NCBI GenBank assembly: GCA_003233095.1
Contig: QIKT01000076.1
Location: 1 to 45,918, forward strand
From: Oceanospirillales bacterium
GTDB taxonomy: Bacteria; Pseudomonadota; Gammaproteobacteria; Xanthomonadales; SZUA-38
Direction: 5' to 3'
DNA length: 45,918 nucleotides
Part shown: positions 32,809 through 41,545 of the stretch, one piece after another
How the letters are laid out: the number at the start of each line of letters is the position of its first letter
Numbering within the stretch: position 1 is the first letter of the stretch
The notes under the pieces: generated by a model
Told to the model about the DNA's origin: nothing
The model's database searches: none
Seen by the model: only the letters and a program-made list of their open reading frames with translations
Made by a program: the position numbers and the translations under genes

Positions 32809-33345
32809 TCAGCCATCCACGGCCAGATAGTCATCCATCAGCGTGACGTAATTTTTCGCCGAGTATTCGAGCATCTCGATTTCCTCTGTGGTCAGGTCGC
32901 GGACCCGTCGGGCCGGGTTGCCCCGCCACAGGCTGCCACGGTCAAGGTGCTTGCCAGGGGCGACCACTGAACCGGCGGCGACCAGAACATGATCGTCGAT
33001 CCTCGCGCCGTCCAGAACCACGGCACCCATGCCGATCAGGCTGAAGTCACCAATGCTGCAGGCATGCAGGACCGCGCTGTGGCCCACCGTGACGCCTCTG
33101 CCAATCAACAGCGGGATTCCTCCGGGGCTGTAACGACCATCATGGGTGACATGCAGCACGGCATTGTCCTGTATGTTGCTCTGGGCACCCACATGGATGT
33201 GATTGACATCACCGCGAAGTCTGGCGCCGGGCCAGATCGAGACCTCCTCATCCAGTCGAACCTGACCGATGACGGTGGCATCCGGATCGATGTAGACTCG
33301 TTGTGCAATGACGGGGGTATGCTGCAAGTAGGCGCGAATGCTCAT
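32809..33345 (-). CDS. Gamma carbonic anhydrase-like protein (YrdA family)
   Basis: LRGDVN, NIQDNAVLHVTH and VGHSAVLHAC; AAAGGAG RBS before the ATG at 33345. Confidence 0.9.
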   Translation of the reverse strand: MSIRAYLQHTPVIAQRVYIDPDATVIGQVRLDEEVSIWPGARLRGDVNHIHVGAQSNIQDNAVLHVTHDGRYSPGGIPLLIGRGVTVGHSAVLHACSIGDFSLIGMGAVVLDGARIDDHVLVAAGSVVAPGKHLDRGSLWRGNPARRVRDLTTEEIEMLEYSAKNYVTLMDDYLAVDG

Positions 33346-33358
33346 CAAGACTCCTTTG

Positions 33359-33506
33359 GGAACCTCTAGAAACCGTAGCGAGCGGTTCGAGTGCAAGGCG
33401 CACGGAGCACGGAGCACAGGAACCGCAGTGTACTGGGCAGTACATGAGGGTTCCGAGCACCGCGCAACGACGCAATCGGAACGCGCAGCAGGTTTCTAGA
33501 GGTTCC
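33359..33506 (-). mobile_element. MITE family B (RPE-1-like core), full copy
   Basis: Perfect 16-bp TIR GGAACCTCTAGAAACC / GGTTTCTAGAGGTTCC. It is the reverse-complement match of 36189-36322 and carries an extra 7-nt tandem duplication (GCACGGA). Confidence 0.88.
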
Positions 33507-33888
33507 TCTTTGTGTTGTTAATCCGCCAGGGCGGATGGGTTCGGTTGCTGCCGGCATGATACAGGCACAGGGTGTTACCACCAGGGTCGAGGAGGCGTGC
33601 TTCTCGCCACAACCAGCGTTGATCGGTTGGCTGCTGGGTGAACACGATGCCCTTCTCTAGCAGATCCGAGACGGTCTTGTCCAGATCCTCGCATTCGAAA
33701 TAGATGACCACTCCTGCGGTGTGGATCGGTGCCTCACAGGCATGCACTGAAAACGTGGCTGGGCCATTGGCAGACTCGAATCGGGCATAATGCGGTGAGT
33801 CGACGATTTGCCGGAGACCCAACTGTCGGTAAAAGGCAACCGACGCTTCAATATCCAACGCTGGCACGGTAATCTGATTGAGATTCAT
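33496..33888 (-). CDS. VOC/glyoxalase family protein
   Basis: MNLNQITVP...FYRQLGL...IYFECEDLD...WLWREARLLDPGGN; the stop codon lies inside the MITE TIR. Confidence 0.9.
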   Translation of the reverse strand: MNLNQITVPALDIEASVAFYRQLGLRQIVDSPHYARFESANGPATFSVHACEAPIHTAGVVIYFECEDLDKTVSDLLEKGIVFTQQPTDQRWLWREARLLDPGGNTLCLYHAGSNRTHPPWRINNTKRNL

Positions 33889-33924
33889 CTGTCCTCACCC
33901 TGCGGCCTGGCCGCTTTTTGAACT

Positions 33925-35979
33925 GTGGAAACCATTGCTGTGAAGACTACCGAAAACCCGTTACTTGAAACACCATCGGCGCTGCCCGAATTTGACCGCA
34001 TCAAGCCCGAACATGTGCTGCCAGCAATCGAATCTCGCATGGCGCAGTACCATGAACAACTGGCACCGGTCCTGACGCATCCCGATCAGACGGACTGGGA
34101 CGGTTTCGTGGCTGTTGAAGAACGTTTGCTGACCGATCTGGATGAGAGCTTTTCACCGGCCTCTCATTTGCATGCGGTGATGGATTCTCCGGAATGGCGA
34201 GAGGTTTATGCTGAGGCGGTCGTGCTGGTTACAGATTTTTCAACGACTCTTGATCAGAACCCAAAGCGCTTTGCCGCGTACCGGCACATCCATCAGTCAA
34301 CACAGTTCACAGCACTGAATTCCGCTCAGCAGGCCGTCATCATCAAGGCGCTGAGAGACTTTCGACTCAGCGGCATCGATCTGCCGGACGAGGATCAGCG
34401 CCGTTATCGCGACCTGGTGCGCGACCTGACCGAACTGAGCACGTCCTTTCAGCAGAATCTACAAGATGCGACCGACGGCTGGTTTTGCCAGTTTGACGAC
34501 GACTCAGCGCTCGATGGCTTGCCGGATCGTGCGCTGCAGATGGCCCGTCAATACGCCAAACAGCGAGACCTGACCGGGGTCGTGGTGAATCTGGAGTTTC
34601 CAAGTTATCAGGCCGTGATCACCTACGCCAACGATCGCACATTGCGTGAGCAGGTGTATACCGCCTATTGCACTCGAGCCTCTGATCAGGGTCCGCAAGC
34701 CGGACAGTGGGACAATGCGTCGCTGATCGAGGATATTCTGGCGCGGCGAGATGAATTGGCCAAACTGCTCGGATTTGACCGTTATATCGAGTATTCGCTG
34801 GAAACGAAAATGGCCCGCAGTCATCAGGAAGTCGATCAATTCCTGGTGGCGCTGGCCGACAAGGCTCGCCCTCGAGCCCTGGACGAACTTCAGTCGCTGA
34901 CCGACTTCGCTCAGCAGAACGGATTGCCGGCTGATCAGCCCCTGTGTGCCTGGGATATTCCTTACTTTTCCGAACGCCTGCGGCAGCAGCAGTATCAAGT
35001 CAGCGATGAGGAAATTCGCCCTTACTTTCCGGTTGAGAAATGTATTGATGGCTTGTTCGAGGTGGTTCAATCCTTGTTCGGGATCAGCATGCAGGCCGAT
35101 GCGTTGGTGGCGGTCTGGCATCCGGACGTTCGTTTCTATCGGTTGATGGACCACGACGGCGAGCCTATTGCGGCCTGTTACATGGACCTGTTTGCGCGCA
35201 AGGGTAAGCGCGGAGGTGCCTGGATGGCTGATTGTCGCTCTCTGCGAGAAACGGCCACAGGCAAGCAGCTGCCAGTGGCCTATCTAAACTGCAATTTTGC
35301 CGCCCCGGACGACGGCAATGACTCGCTACTCAATCATAATGAACTGACCACCCTGTTTCACGAGTTTGGTCATTGTCTGCACCATATGCTGACCCAAATC
35401 CCTTATCCAGCAGTGGGCGGGATTGCCAATGTCGAATGGGATGCGGTGGAATTGCCCAGCCAGTTTCTGGAGAACTGGTGCTGGCAGTATCCGGCCCTGG
35501 TTCGCTTCAGCGCTCATCATCAGAGCGGCGAGGTGCTGCCAGAAGCACTGTTTGAACGAATGAGAGCCGCAAGGCATTTTCAGTCCGGCCTGTTTCTGCT
35601 ACGCCAGATCGAATTCGGGCTGCTGGATTTCAGGCTGCATGCCCGACCGGGCGAGGCTCCCGAGTCGGTGGTCAATGAAGTTCGAGGAGAGGTTGCCGTC
35701 GTCGAGTATCCGGACTTCAATCGTTTCATCAATGGATTTGGGCACTTGTTTGCCGGTGGATATGCCGCCGGCTACTACAGCTATTTGTGGGCCGAGCAGT
35801 TGGCGGCCGATGCCTTTGATCGATTCGTCACCGAAGGCATTTTCAATGCACAGACCGGCGACTCCTTCCGCCGTGAGGTGCTCGCGCGCGGAGGGTCACG
35901 ACCTGCGGCCGAATCATTCGAGGCCTTTCGAGGCAGGCAACCAGTCATCGAACCACTGCTGGACAGTTACGGCTTGTGA
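33925..35979 (+). CDS. prlC: Oligopeptidase A (M3 family)
   Basis: ENPLL, KRGGAWM, HEFGH (HExxH), VEWDAVELPSQ and GYAAGYYSYLWAE. The start may be GTG 33940. Confidence 0.94.
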   Translation: METIAVKTTENPLLETPSALPEFDRIKPEHVLPAIESRMAQYHEQLAPVLTHPDQTDWDGFVAVEERLLTDLDESFSPASHLHAVMDSPEWREVYAEAVVLVTDFSTTLDQNPKRFAAYRHIHQSTQFTALNSAQQAVIIKALRDFRLSGIDLPDEDQRRYRDLVRDLTELSTSFQQNLQDATDGWFCQFDDDSALDGLPDRALQMARQYAKQRDLTGVVVNLEFPSYQAVITYANDRTLREQVYTAYCTRASDQGPQAGQWDNASLIEDILARRDELAKLLGFDRYIEYSLETKMARSHQEVDQFLVALADKARPRALDELQSLTDFAQQNGLPADQPLCAWDIPYFSERLRQQQYQVSDEEIRPYFPVEKCIDGLFEVVQSLFGISMQADALVAVWHPDVRFYRLMDHDGEPIAACYMDLFARKGKRGGAWMADCRSLRETATGKQLPVAYLNCNFAAPDDGNDSLLNHNELTTLFHEFGHCLHHMLTQIPYPAVGGIANVEWDAVELPSQFLENWCWQYPALVRFSAHHQSGEVLPEALFERMRAARHFQSGLFLLRQIEFGLLDFRLHARPGEAPESVVNEVRGEVAVVEYPDFNRFINGFGHLFAGGYAAGYYSYLWAEQLAADAFDRFVTEGIFNAQTGDSFRREVLARGGSRPAAESFEAFRGRQPVIEPLLDSYGL

Positions 35980-36026
35980 AAGTGGCCCGTTGGAACGTCA
36001 ACTCGCTTCGGGTTCGACTCGAGTAG

Positions 36027-36188
36027 GGAGCCTCTGAACAAGTCGTGATCGGCTGTCTTGAGCGTGAAATACGCCGGCTCGGCGTTGCATGAGCTGAGCC
36101 ATAGCACCACTATGACTCAGCTCATGTGTCTTGATCGGACGTATTTGCCATCTCAATCCAACTCGCTTAAGACTTGTTCAGAGGCTCC
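36027..36188 (+). mobile_element. MITE family A, full copy
   Basis: Perfect 18-bp TIR GGAGCCTCTGAACAAGTC / GACTTGTTCAGAGGCTCC; central hairpin at 36088-36126; flanks GTAG and CTGG. Confidence 0.9.
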
Positions 36189-36322
36189 CTGGAAACCTGC
36201 TGCGCGTTCCGATTGCGGCGTTGCGCGGTGCTCACAATCCTCATGTACAGCCCAGTACACTGCGGTTCCTGTACTCCGTGCGCCTTGCACTCGAACCGCT
36301 CGCTACGGTTTCTAGTGGTTCC
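36189..36322 (+). mobile_element. MITE family B, copy lacking the outer 7 bp of its left TIR
   Basis: CTGGAAACCTGCTGCG...CGCTACGGTTTCTAGTGGTTCC; inverted near-copy of 33359-33506, fused to the family A copy. Confidence 0.88.
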
Positions 36323-36368
36323 CTATTGTCGACGACGACCGTGAAAGGCGCAAACCGACTGGAGGGTC

Positions 36369-37145
36369 TCAGTCTTCGTTGGGACGTTGCAGTACCACTT
36401 CGTCCAATCGGTCCGTGTTGCTGTCGGCAAGCGGGCTGACGTCGTCGCCGTGATAACTGGTTACCACGGAGTACTTGGTTTGATCGGTCCAATTACGGGA
36501 CGCCGCGTGCAGCGTTCTGGCGTGAAACAGCAGCAGATCCCCTGGGTCCAGGTCGACGGCCACTGATTGATCGATCAGAGTCTGATTGGCGGGAAGATCG
36601 GTCCTGAAAAACTGTTCGGCGTCGAGTTGACCATCGTTCAGGTCCAGATAACAAGATCCGGGGATCACAAGCAAGCCGCCGTTGTTCTGTCGTTCTGGAA
36701 CCAGGGCCAGCCAGGCGTTGATCAGGCGATGATCTGAAAATGACCAGTAGCGCGTGTCACGATGCCAGAGGGTGTCCGACGAATAGTCGGGACGTTTGGT
36801 CATAATGCAATTATGGTGGCTGCGGGTCAGATGCAGCCTCCGGGTGTTAAGCAGACCACATAGCAGGGAGATCAATCGAGGGTTTGACGCCCATCTGCGA
36901 TAGACCGCATCACGATCCCAGGCCTGCAGCAAGCGGCGAATGGTCTGACCACCCGGTGCCGACTCATTGGCCGGCGCATTGGGGTAGGGCAGGTTGGCCT
37001 CAAGTTCAAACGGTTCGATCCGCTGCTCGAGATGTCGGGCGGTCACGGTCAGCATCGAGCTGACCTCAGAGGCATTCAGGCAGCCTCGAACAACGAGGTA
37101 GCCGTCACGCTGGAACTGTCTGGCCTGATCCTTGCCAATGGTCAT
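36369..37145 (-). CDS. Phytanoyl-CoA dioxygenase (PhyH) family Fe/2OG enzyme
   Basis: FQRDGYLV, WHRD, AWLAL, NGGLLVIPGS and FHARTLHA (HxD...H triad). Confidence 0.9.
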   Translation of the reverse strand: MTIGKDQARQFQRDGYLVVRGCLNASEVSSMLTVTARHLEQRIEPFELEANLPYPNAPANESAPGGQTIRRLLQAWDRDAVYRRWASNPRLISLLCGLLNTRRLHLTRSHHNCIMTKRPDYSSDTLWHRDTRYWSFSDHRLINAWLALVPERQNNGGLLVIPGSCYLDLNDGQLDAEQFFRTDLPANQTLIDQSVAVDLDPGDLLLFHARTLHAASRNWTDQTKYSVVTSYHGDDVSPLADSNTDRLDEVVLQRPNED

Positions 37146-38239
37146 TCTGCTGCAGTCAACCCACTCGCAGCATCGTCCTGTTGAGCCATCAGGGCCAGAA
37201 TATCCGGAGCAAATTCGAAGGAGTCATAATAGAGGTGTCGACGCGGCAGGCCATGGCGACGAAAGGATGCTCGTCCAGCATCCACCAGCGCCGGCGGTCC
37301 ACTCATGTAGACATCAAAGCCTGCGAGGTCCGGGTGATCGTCGACGACCGCTTCGTGTACCCACCCCAGACGCAAACCGGAGTGGCCGTTGATATTACTG
37401 ATCACCGGTGTGTAGCTGAACCACGGTAACTCATCCACCCACTGAGTCACTCGATCATGCTGGTACAGTTCTCCCGCGCTCTGTGCACCCCAGTAAAGAT
37501 GTACCGGGCGAGACTCCTTGCTGTGCTCATGGCGAAGAATCAATTCTTCAACAATCGCCTTGATGGGGGCAAATCCGGTGCCGCCAGTGACACACAATAT
37601 CGGCCGTTCCGAACGACTGCGAAGGAAGAATGTCCCCAGCGGCACCTCAAGGTCGATCGGATCGCCAACCGTCATTTGATCAAAGACATGATCGGTAAAA
37701 CCGCCGCCCTGAACGTGTCGGATGTGAAGCTCGAGCAGTCCTGAATCGTCCGGTGCATTGGCGATCGAGAAGGCACGCCGCTTGCCACTGGTGAGGATCA
37801 CTTCCAGGTACTGACCGGCAAGATAAGTGAGCGGTTTGTGCTCTTCCAGGTCCAGTTTGATGCAGGCCACATCGTCAACCGGGAATTCAATGGAATGGAC
37901 GCGCGCTTGAGCGATTTTGGTCTGAATATTCTTCAATGCCGCCGGCTCACGGGCTATGATGGTCAGGTCCGATTCGGCGACTGCCTGACAGAGTAGAATT
38001 TTTCGGTTGCCGGTCGGCGCCTCGTCAGGCAGTGATTGCTCGGCCTCAAGAGCCACCGGTGGCAGCGCTGGATACGACACCTCACCCTCGACCAGCTCAG
38101 CCATGCAGCGGCCACAATGACCATTCAGGCAGCTGTGGTTGAAATGCAACTGTGCCCGTCGCGAAGCACTCAGCAAAGGTTCCTGACTACGAGCCTCGAA
38201 CAGGCTGCCTGTGGCGCGATTGGTGATCTTATAGTTCAA
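37142..38239 (-). CDS. [2Fe-2S]-FAD-NAD(P)H reductase (CDP-6-deoxy-delta-3,4-glucoseen reductase-like)
   Basis: CLNGHCGRC...LLC, RRAFSIAN, GGTGFAP and SGPP...DSF. The TTG start at 38239 is inferred from an upstream CAGGA. Confidence 0.88.
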   Translation of the reverse strand: MNYKITNRATGSLFEARSQEPLLSASRRAQLHFNHSCLNGHCGRCMAELVEGEVSYPALPPVALEAEQSLPDEAPTGNRKILLCQAVAESDLTIIAREPAALKNIQTKIAQARVHSIEFPVDDVACIKLDLEEHKPLTYLAGQYLEVILTSGKRRAFSIANAPDDSGLLELHIRHVQGGGFTDHVFDQMTVGDPIDLEVPLGTFFLRSRSERPILCVTGGTGFAPIKAIVEELILRHEHSKESRPVHLYWGAQSAGELYQHDRVTQWVDELPWFSYTPVISNINGHSGLRLGWVHEAVVDDHPDLAGFDVYMSGPPALVDAGRASFRRHGLPRRHLYYDSFEFAPDILALMAQQDDAASGLTAAE

Positions 38240-38284
38240 GGTGGCTTCCTGTACACTGCCTGCACATTGCTGTGGAGCAAGCTG

Positions 38285-38746
38285 TTGACTGTATCCCCAA
38301 GCCAATCAATATGGTGGCATGAGCCCTCATTATCCAGTGTGGGCGTGATGACTGACAAGACCATGGTCAGTCATCTCGGAATTGAAGTCACTGACATCGG
38401 ACCGGATTATCTGACCGCAACCATGCCGGCTGATTCACGAACATTCCAGCCGATGGGTATTGTTCATGGTGGGGCCTATGTGGCACTGGCCGAAACGGTG
38501 GCCAGCTTTGCAGCCAATCTGGTTGTTGATGACTCTCGGCACTATGCGGTGGGGTTGGACATCAACGCCAATCATCTGCGCTCCGTTCGCAGTGGCACGG
38601 TGACCGGCACCGCAAGGCCTATCCACCTGGGCCGTTCAACCCAGGTCTGGGAAGTTCGTATCGAGGACGATCGCGAGCGACTGGTCTGTATCGCGCGCAT
38701 GACGGCAAGCATTCTGGATCGAACGCCCAGTGACACTACAGCATGA
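38285..38746 (+). CDS. PaaI/YdiI-type hotdog-fold thioesterase
   Basis: IW...HLGIE, QPMGIVHGGA, LAET, INANH and GRSTQVWE. The TTG start at 38285 is inferred from a GGAG RBS. Confidence 0.9.
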   Translation: MTVSPSQSIWWHEPSLSSVGVMTDKTMVSHLGIEVTDIGPDYLTATMPADSRTFQPMGIVHGGAYVALAETVASFAANLVVDDSRHYAVGLDINANHLRSVRSGTVTGTARPIHLGRSTQVWEVRIEDDRERLVCIARMTASILDRTPSDTTA

Positions 38747-39720
38747 GCGGCACAATTGACGAGCACCCCTATGATCGACTCGGTCCGGATCTGATCCTGG
38801 ACGCGGTTGAGTCAATTGGCTTTGAATGTGATGGTCGGCTGCTGGCACTGAACAGTTATGAGAACCGGGTGTATCAGGTTGGAATGGAAGAGGGGCCGCC
38901 ACTGATTGCCAAGTTCTATCGGCCCGAGCGCTGGACCGATGAGTCGATCGGTGAGGAGCATGCTCTGTCGTTTGCGTTGCGCGATGCGGACTTGCCAGTG
39001 GTTGCGCCGATGCTTCAGGACGGAGTCTCCCTGTTTGTCCACGAGCAGTTTCGATTCGCCCTGTTTCCGCGTCAGGGTGGACGGGAGCCGGTACTGGAAT
39101 CGGATGAGCATGTGGCATGGCTGGGACGATTGCTGGGGCGGTTTCATCTGGTCGGCCGACATCAAGCGATGGATCATCGGCGGCGATTGCTGGACTTGTC
39201 ACATACCCGGCGGCTGGTCGATCTGGTCGCGGTCGATGACCACATGGCCGATTATCTGCGCGACGATTACCGACACTTGTGTGCCAGCCTGATCGAGACG
39301 ATCGAGCAGCAGTTTTCACAGACACGCTGGACGCTCGGTGCAATTCACGGCGATTGCCATCGTGGCAACGTGCTGTGGACTGATCAGGGACCACATTTTG
39401 TCGATCTCGATGACAGCGTGCTTGGCGTGGCCGTTCAGGACTTCTGGATGTTGCTGGACGGCGACTCCGATCGAAGAGCACACCAGCTGGAAGTTCTGAT
39501 TGAGGCCTATGAACAATTTTGCCCGTTCGATCGGAGTGAACTGGGCCTGGTCGAGAGCTTGCGCACGAAGCGCATGATCGAGCATGCCGGTTGGCTGGCC
39601 AGTCGCTGGACAGATCCGGCCTTTCCGCGCAGCTTCCCGTGGTTTGGTGATGCGCGATATTTCGAGAATCACCTGCGTGTCCTGCAAGAGCAGCATGAAC
39701 GCCTGAGTCACAATCATTGA
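38743..39720 (+). CDS. srkA: Stress response Ser/Thr kinase SrkA (RdoA/YihE)
   Basis: LNSYENRVY, KFYRPERW, HGDCHRGN, VDLDD and DPAFPRSFPWF. Confidence 0.95.
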   Translation: MSGTIDEHPYDRLGPDLILDAVESIGFECDGRLLALNSYENRVYQVGMEEGPPLIAKFYRPERWTDESIGEEHALSFALRDADLPVVAPMLQDGVSLFVHEQFRFALFPRQGGREPVLESDEHVAWLGRLLGRFHLVGRHQAMDHRRRLLDLSHTRRLVDLVAVDDHMADYLRDDYRHLCASLIETIEQQFSQTRWTLGAIHGDCHRGNVLWTDQGPHFVDLDDSVLGVAVQDFWMLLDGDSDRRAHQLEVLIEAYEQFCPFDRSELGLVESLRTKRMIEHAGWLASRWTDPAFPRSFPWFGDARYFENHLRVLQEQHERLSHNH

Positions 39721-39777
39721 CCCAATGTCAGCCTCCATTAGACTAATCGCTCTATCGATTCCCTCTACCCTGTTGCG

Positions 39778-40554
39778 ATGACTTTCATTCGCTATTTTTA
39801 TCGCGTGCCGTTGGCATTGCTGATGCTCCTGATCGGCTTGCCGATGACCTTGATTGCCATTGCGCTGGTGGGCGACAAGCGCAAGCCTGGCTATCATTGG
39901 GTGGTTCGTACCTGGTCGTGGATGATGATGTGGGTCTTTGGTGTACGTATGCATCGTTTTGGACAGTTGATCGATGATCCGGTGGTTCTGTTGTCCAACC
40001 ATGTGTCGTGGATGGATATCTCGGCGCTGCATGCCGTTCATGGGGTGGGCTTTATTGCCAAGTCTGAAATCAATCGTTGGCCGCTGGTGGGCTATATGGC
40101 ACGTGCAGGCAGCACAATCTTTCATACGCGAGGGTCGCAGGACTCCCGTGAGTTGGTGGGGCAACGTATCCGTGAACGTCTGGCCGAAGGTCGCAGCATT
40201 GCCATTTTTGCCGAAGGCCGATCCGGCTACGGTGGCAAAGTGCTACCGTTTCATGGTCGAATGCTGCAACCCGCCAAGGATGAGCAGGTGCCCATACAAC
40301 CGGTTGCCATACGCTTCTTGGATGCTGCAGGTCATGAAGCAGCCATTGCGTTTCGACCTCATGAATCGTTTGTTGGCAATCTCTGGCGGGTGCTGGGATT
40401 GCCTGCCACTCGCTGTGAGGTGCACTGTCTGGAGCCGATCCCTCGAGAAGATGTGATTGAGATGGGTCGGCGTGACATTGCGCGTCTGGCCCATGATCGG
40501 GTTATCGCTGTCATGACCGAGTATGCACCAGAATCTACCGAGGACCATGACTGA
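39778..40554 (+). CDS. Lysophospholipid acyltransferase (PlsC family)
   Basis: NHVSWMD (NHxxxxD), FIAKSEI, FAEG and QPVAI. Confidence 0.9.
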   Translation: MTFIRYFYRVPLALLMLLIGLPMTLIAIALVGDKRKPGYHWVVRTWSWMMMWVFGVRMHRFGQLIDDPVVLLSNHVSWMDISALHAVHGVGFIAKSEINRWPLVGYMARAGSTIFHTRGSQDSRELVGQRIRERLAEGRSIAIFAEGRSGYGGKVLPFHGRMLQPAKDEQVPIQPVAIRFLDAAGHEAAIAFRPHESFVGNLWRVLGLPATRCEVHCLEPIPREDVIEMGRRDIARLAHDRVIAVMTEYAPESTEDHD

Positions 40555-41542
40555 CTCTCCCTTCAACGCACCAAAGCTGCTTCGAAACCGGCATGTCCAG
40601 TCCTTTCTGGCCAGCTCTGGCTTGCGTCGTAAACGATTTCTGAATCAGACGCCAGCACTGCATGCAGCGACTGAAGAACGAATCTTCTCAGTGCTTGATG
40701 AGTCGACTCAACTGCAGGGCATGTATTCGAAACATCCTGAGTCTCGCGGCCTGGCCGTGTTGTTTCATGGCTGGGAAGGATCGGTCGATTCGACCTACCT
40801 GCTGGACCTGGCAGCGGCCTTGTGGGAGTCGGGTTTGAGCATCTGTCGACTGCATTTTCGTGATCATGGCGCGACCCACCACCTGAACGAAGGTCTGTTT
40901 CACTCCTGTCGACTGGATGAGGTGGTCGATGCCGTCGGCCAGATCTGTGAAGAGATTGAAACGGGCCCCGTGTTTCTGGCCGGTTTTTCACTGGGGGGCA
41001 ACTTTGCGCTGCGGGTCGCTCGGCAACTGCAGGACAAGACGGACCGAATCAGACACGTGTTTGGTATTTGTCCGGTGATTGACCCGGGCAAGAGCCTGAA
41101 GGCGATTGAAGATGCCCTGTGGCATTACGAAGCCTATTTTTTGCTCAAATGGCGGCGATCGCTGAAGATCAAGCAAACCCACTTTCCAGAACAATATCGA
41201 CACGCTCCGGTTCGCCGAGGCTTGCGATTGGTGGATATGACTGCATATCTGGTCGAGGAATACACTGACTTTGCCAATGTTGATGACTATTTCAACGGCT
41301 ATGCCATCAAGGGTGATTACCTGTCAGACTTGCGAATCGATGCCACCATCGTCGCTTGTGCCGACGATCCGGTCATCCCTATTGACGACTTTCATGACCT
41401 GAAACTGGCTAGTCAGACACGGTTGATCATCAATCCGCAGGGCGGACATTGCGGCATGGTTGATCAGCTTTGGGGGCCATCGTGGGCCACCCGGCTGATC
41501 AATGGCAAGATATCCACCCTGTTGAGTGCCAAGACGAGGTAA
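40547..41542 (+). CDS. YheT-like alpha/beta hydrolase
   Basis: HGWEGS, GFSLGG nucleophile, DDPVIP and GGHCG; start at ATG 40547. Confidence 0.88.
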   Translation: MTDSPFNAPKLLRNRHVQSFLASSGLRRKRFLNQTPALHAATEERIFSVLDESTQLQGMYSKHPESRGLAVLFHGWEGSVDSTYLLDLAAALWESGLSICRLHFRDHGATHHLNEGLFHSCRLDEVVDAVGQICEEIETGPVFLAGFSLGGNFALRVARQLQDKTDRIRHVFGICPVIDPGKSLKAIEDALWHYEAYFLLKWRRSLKIKQTHFPEQYRHAPVRRGLRLVDMTAYLVEEYTDFANVDDYFNGYAIKGDYLSDLRIDATIVACADDPVIPIDDFHDLKLASQTRLIINPQGGHCGMVDQLWGPSWATRLINGKISTLLSAKTR

Positions 41543-41545
41543 CGC

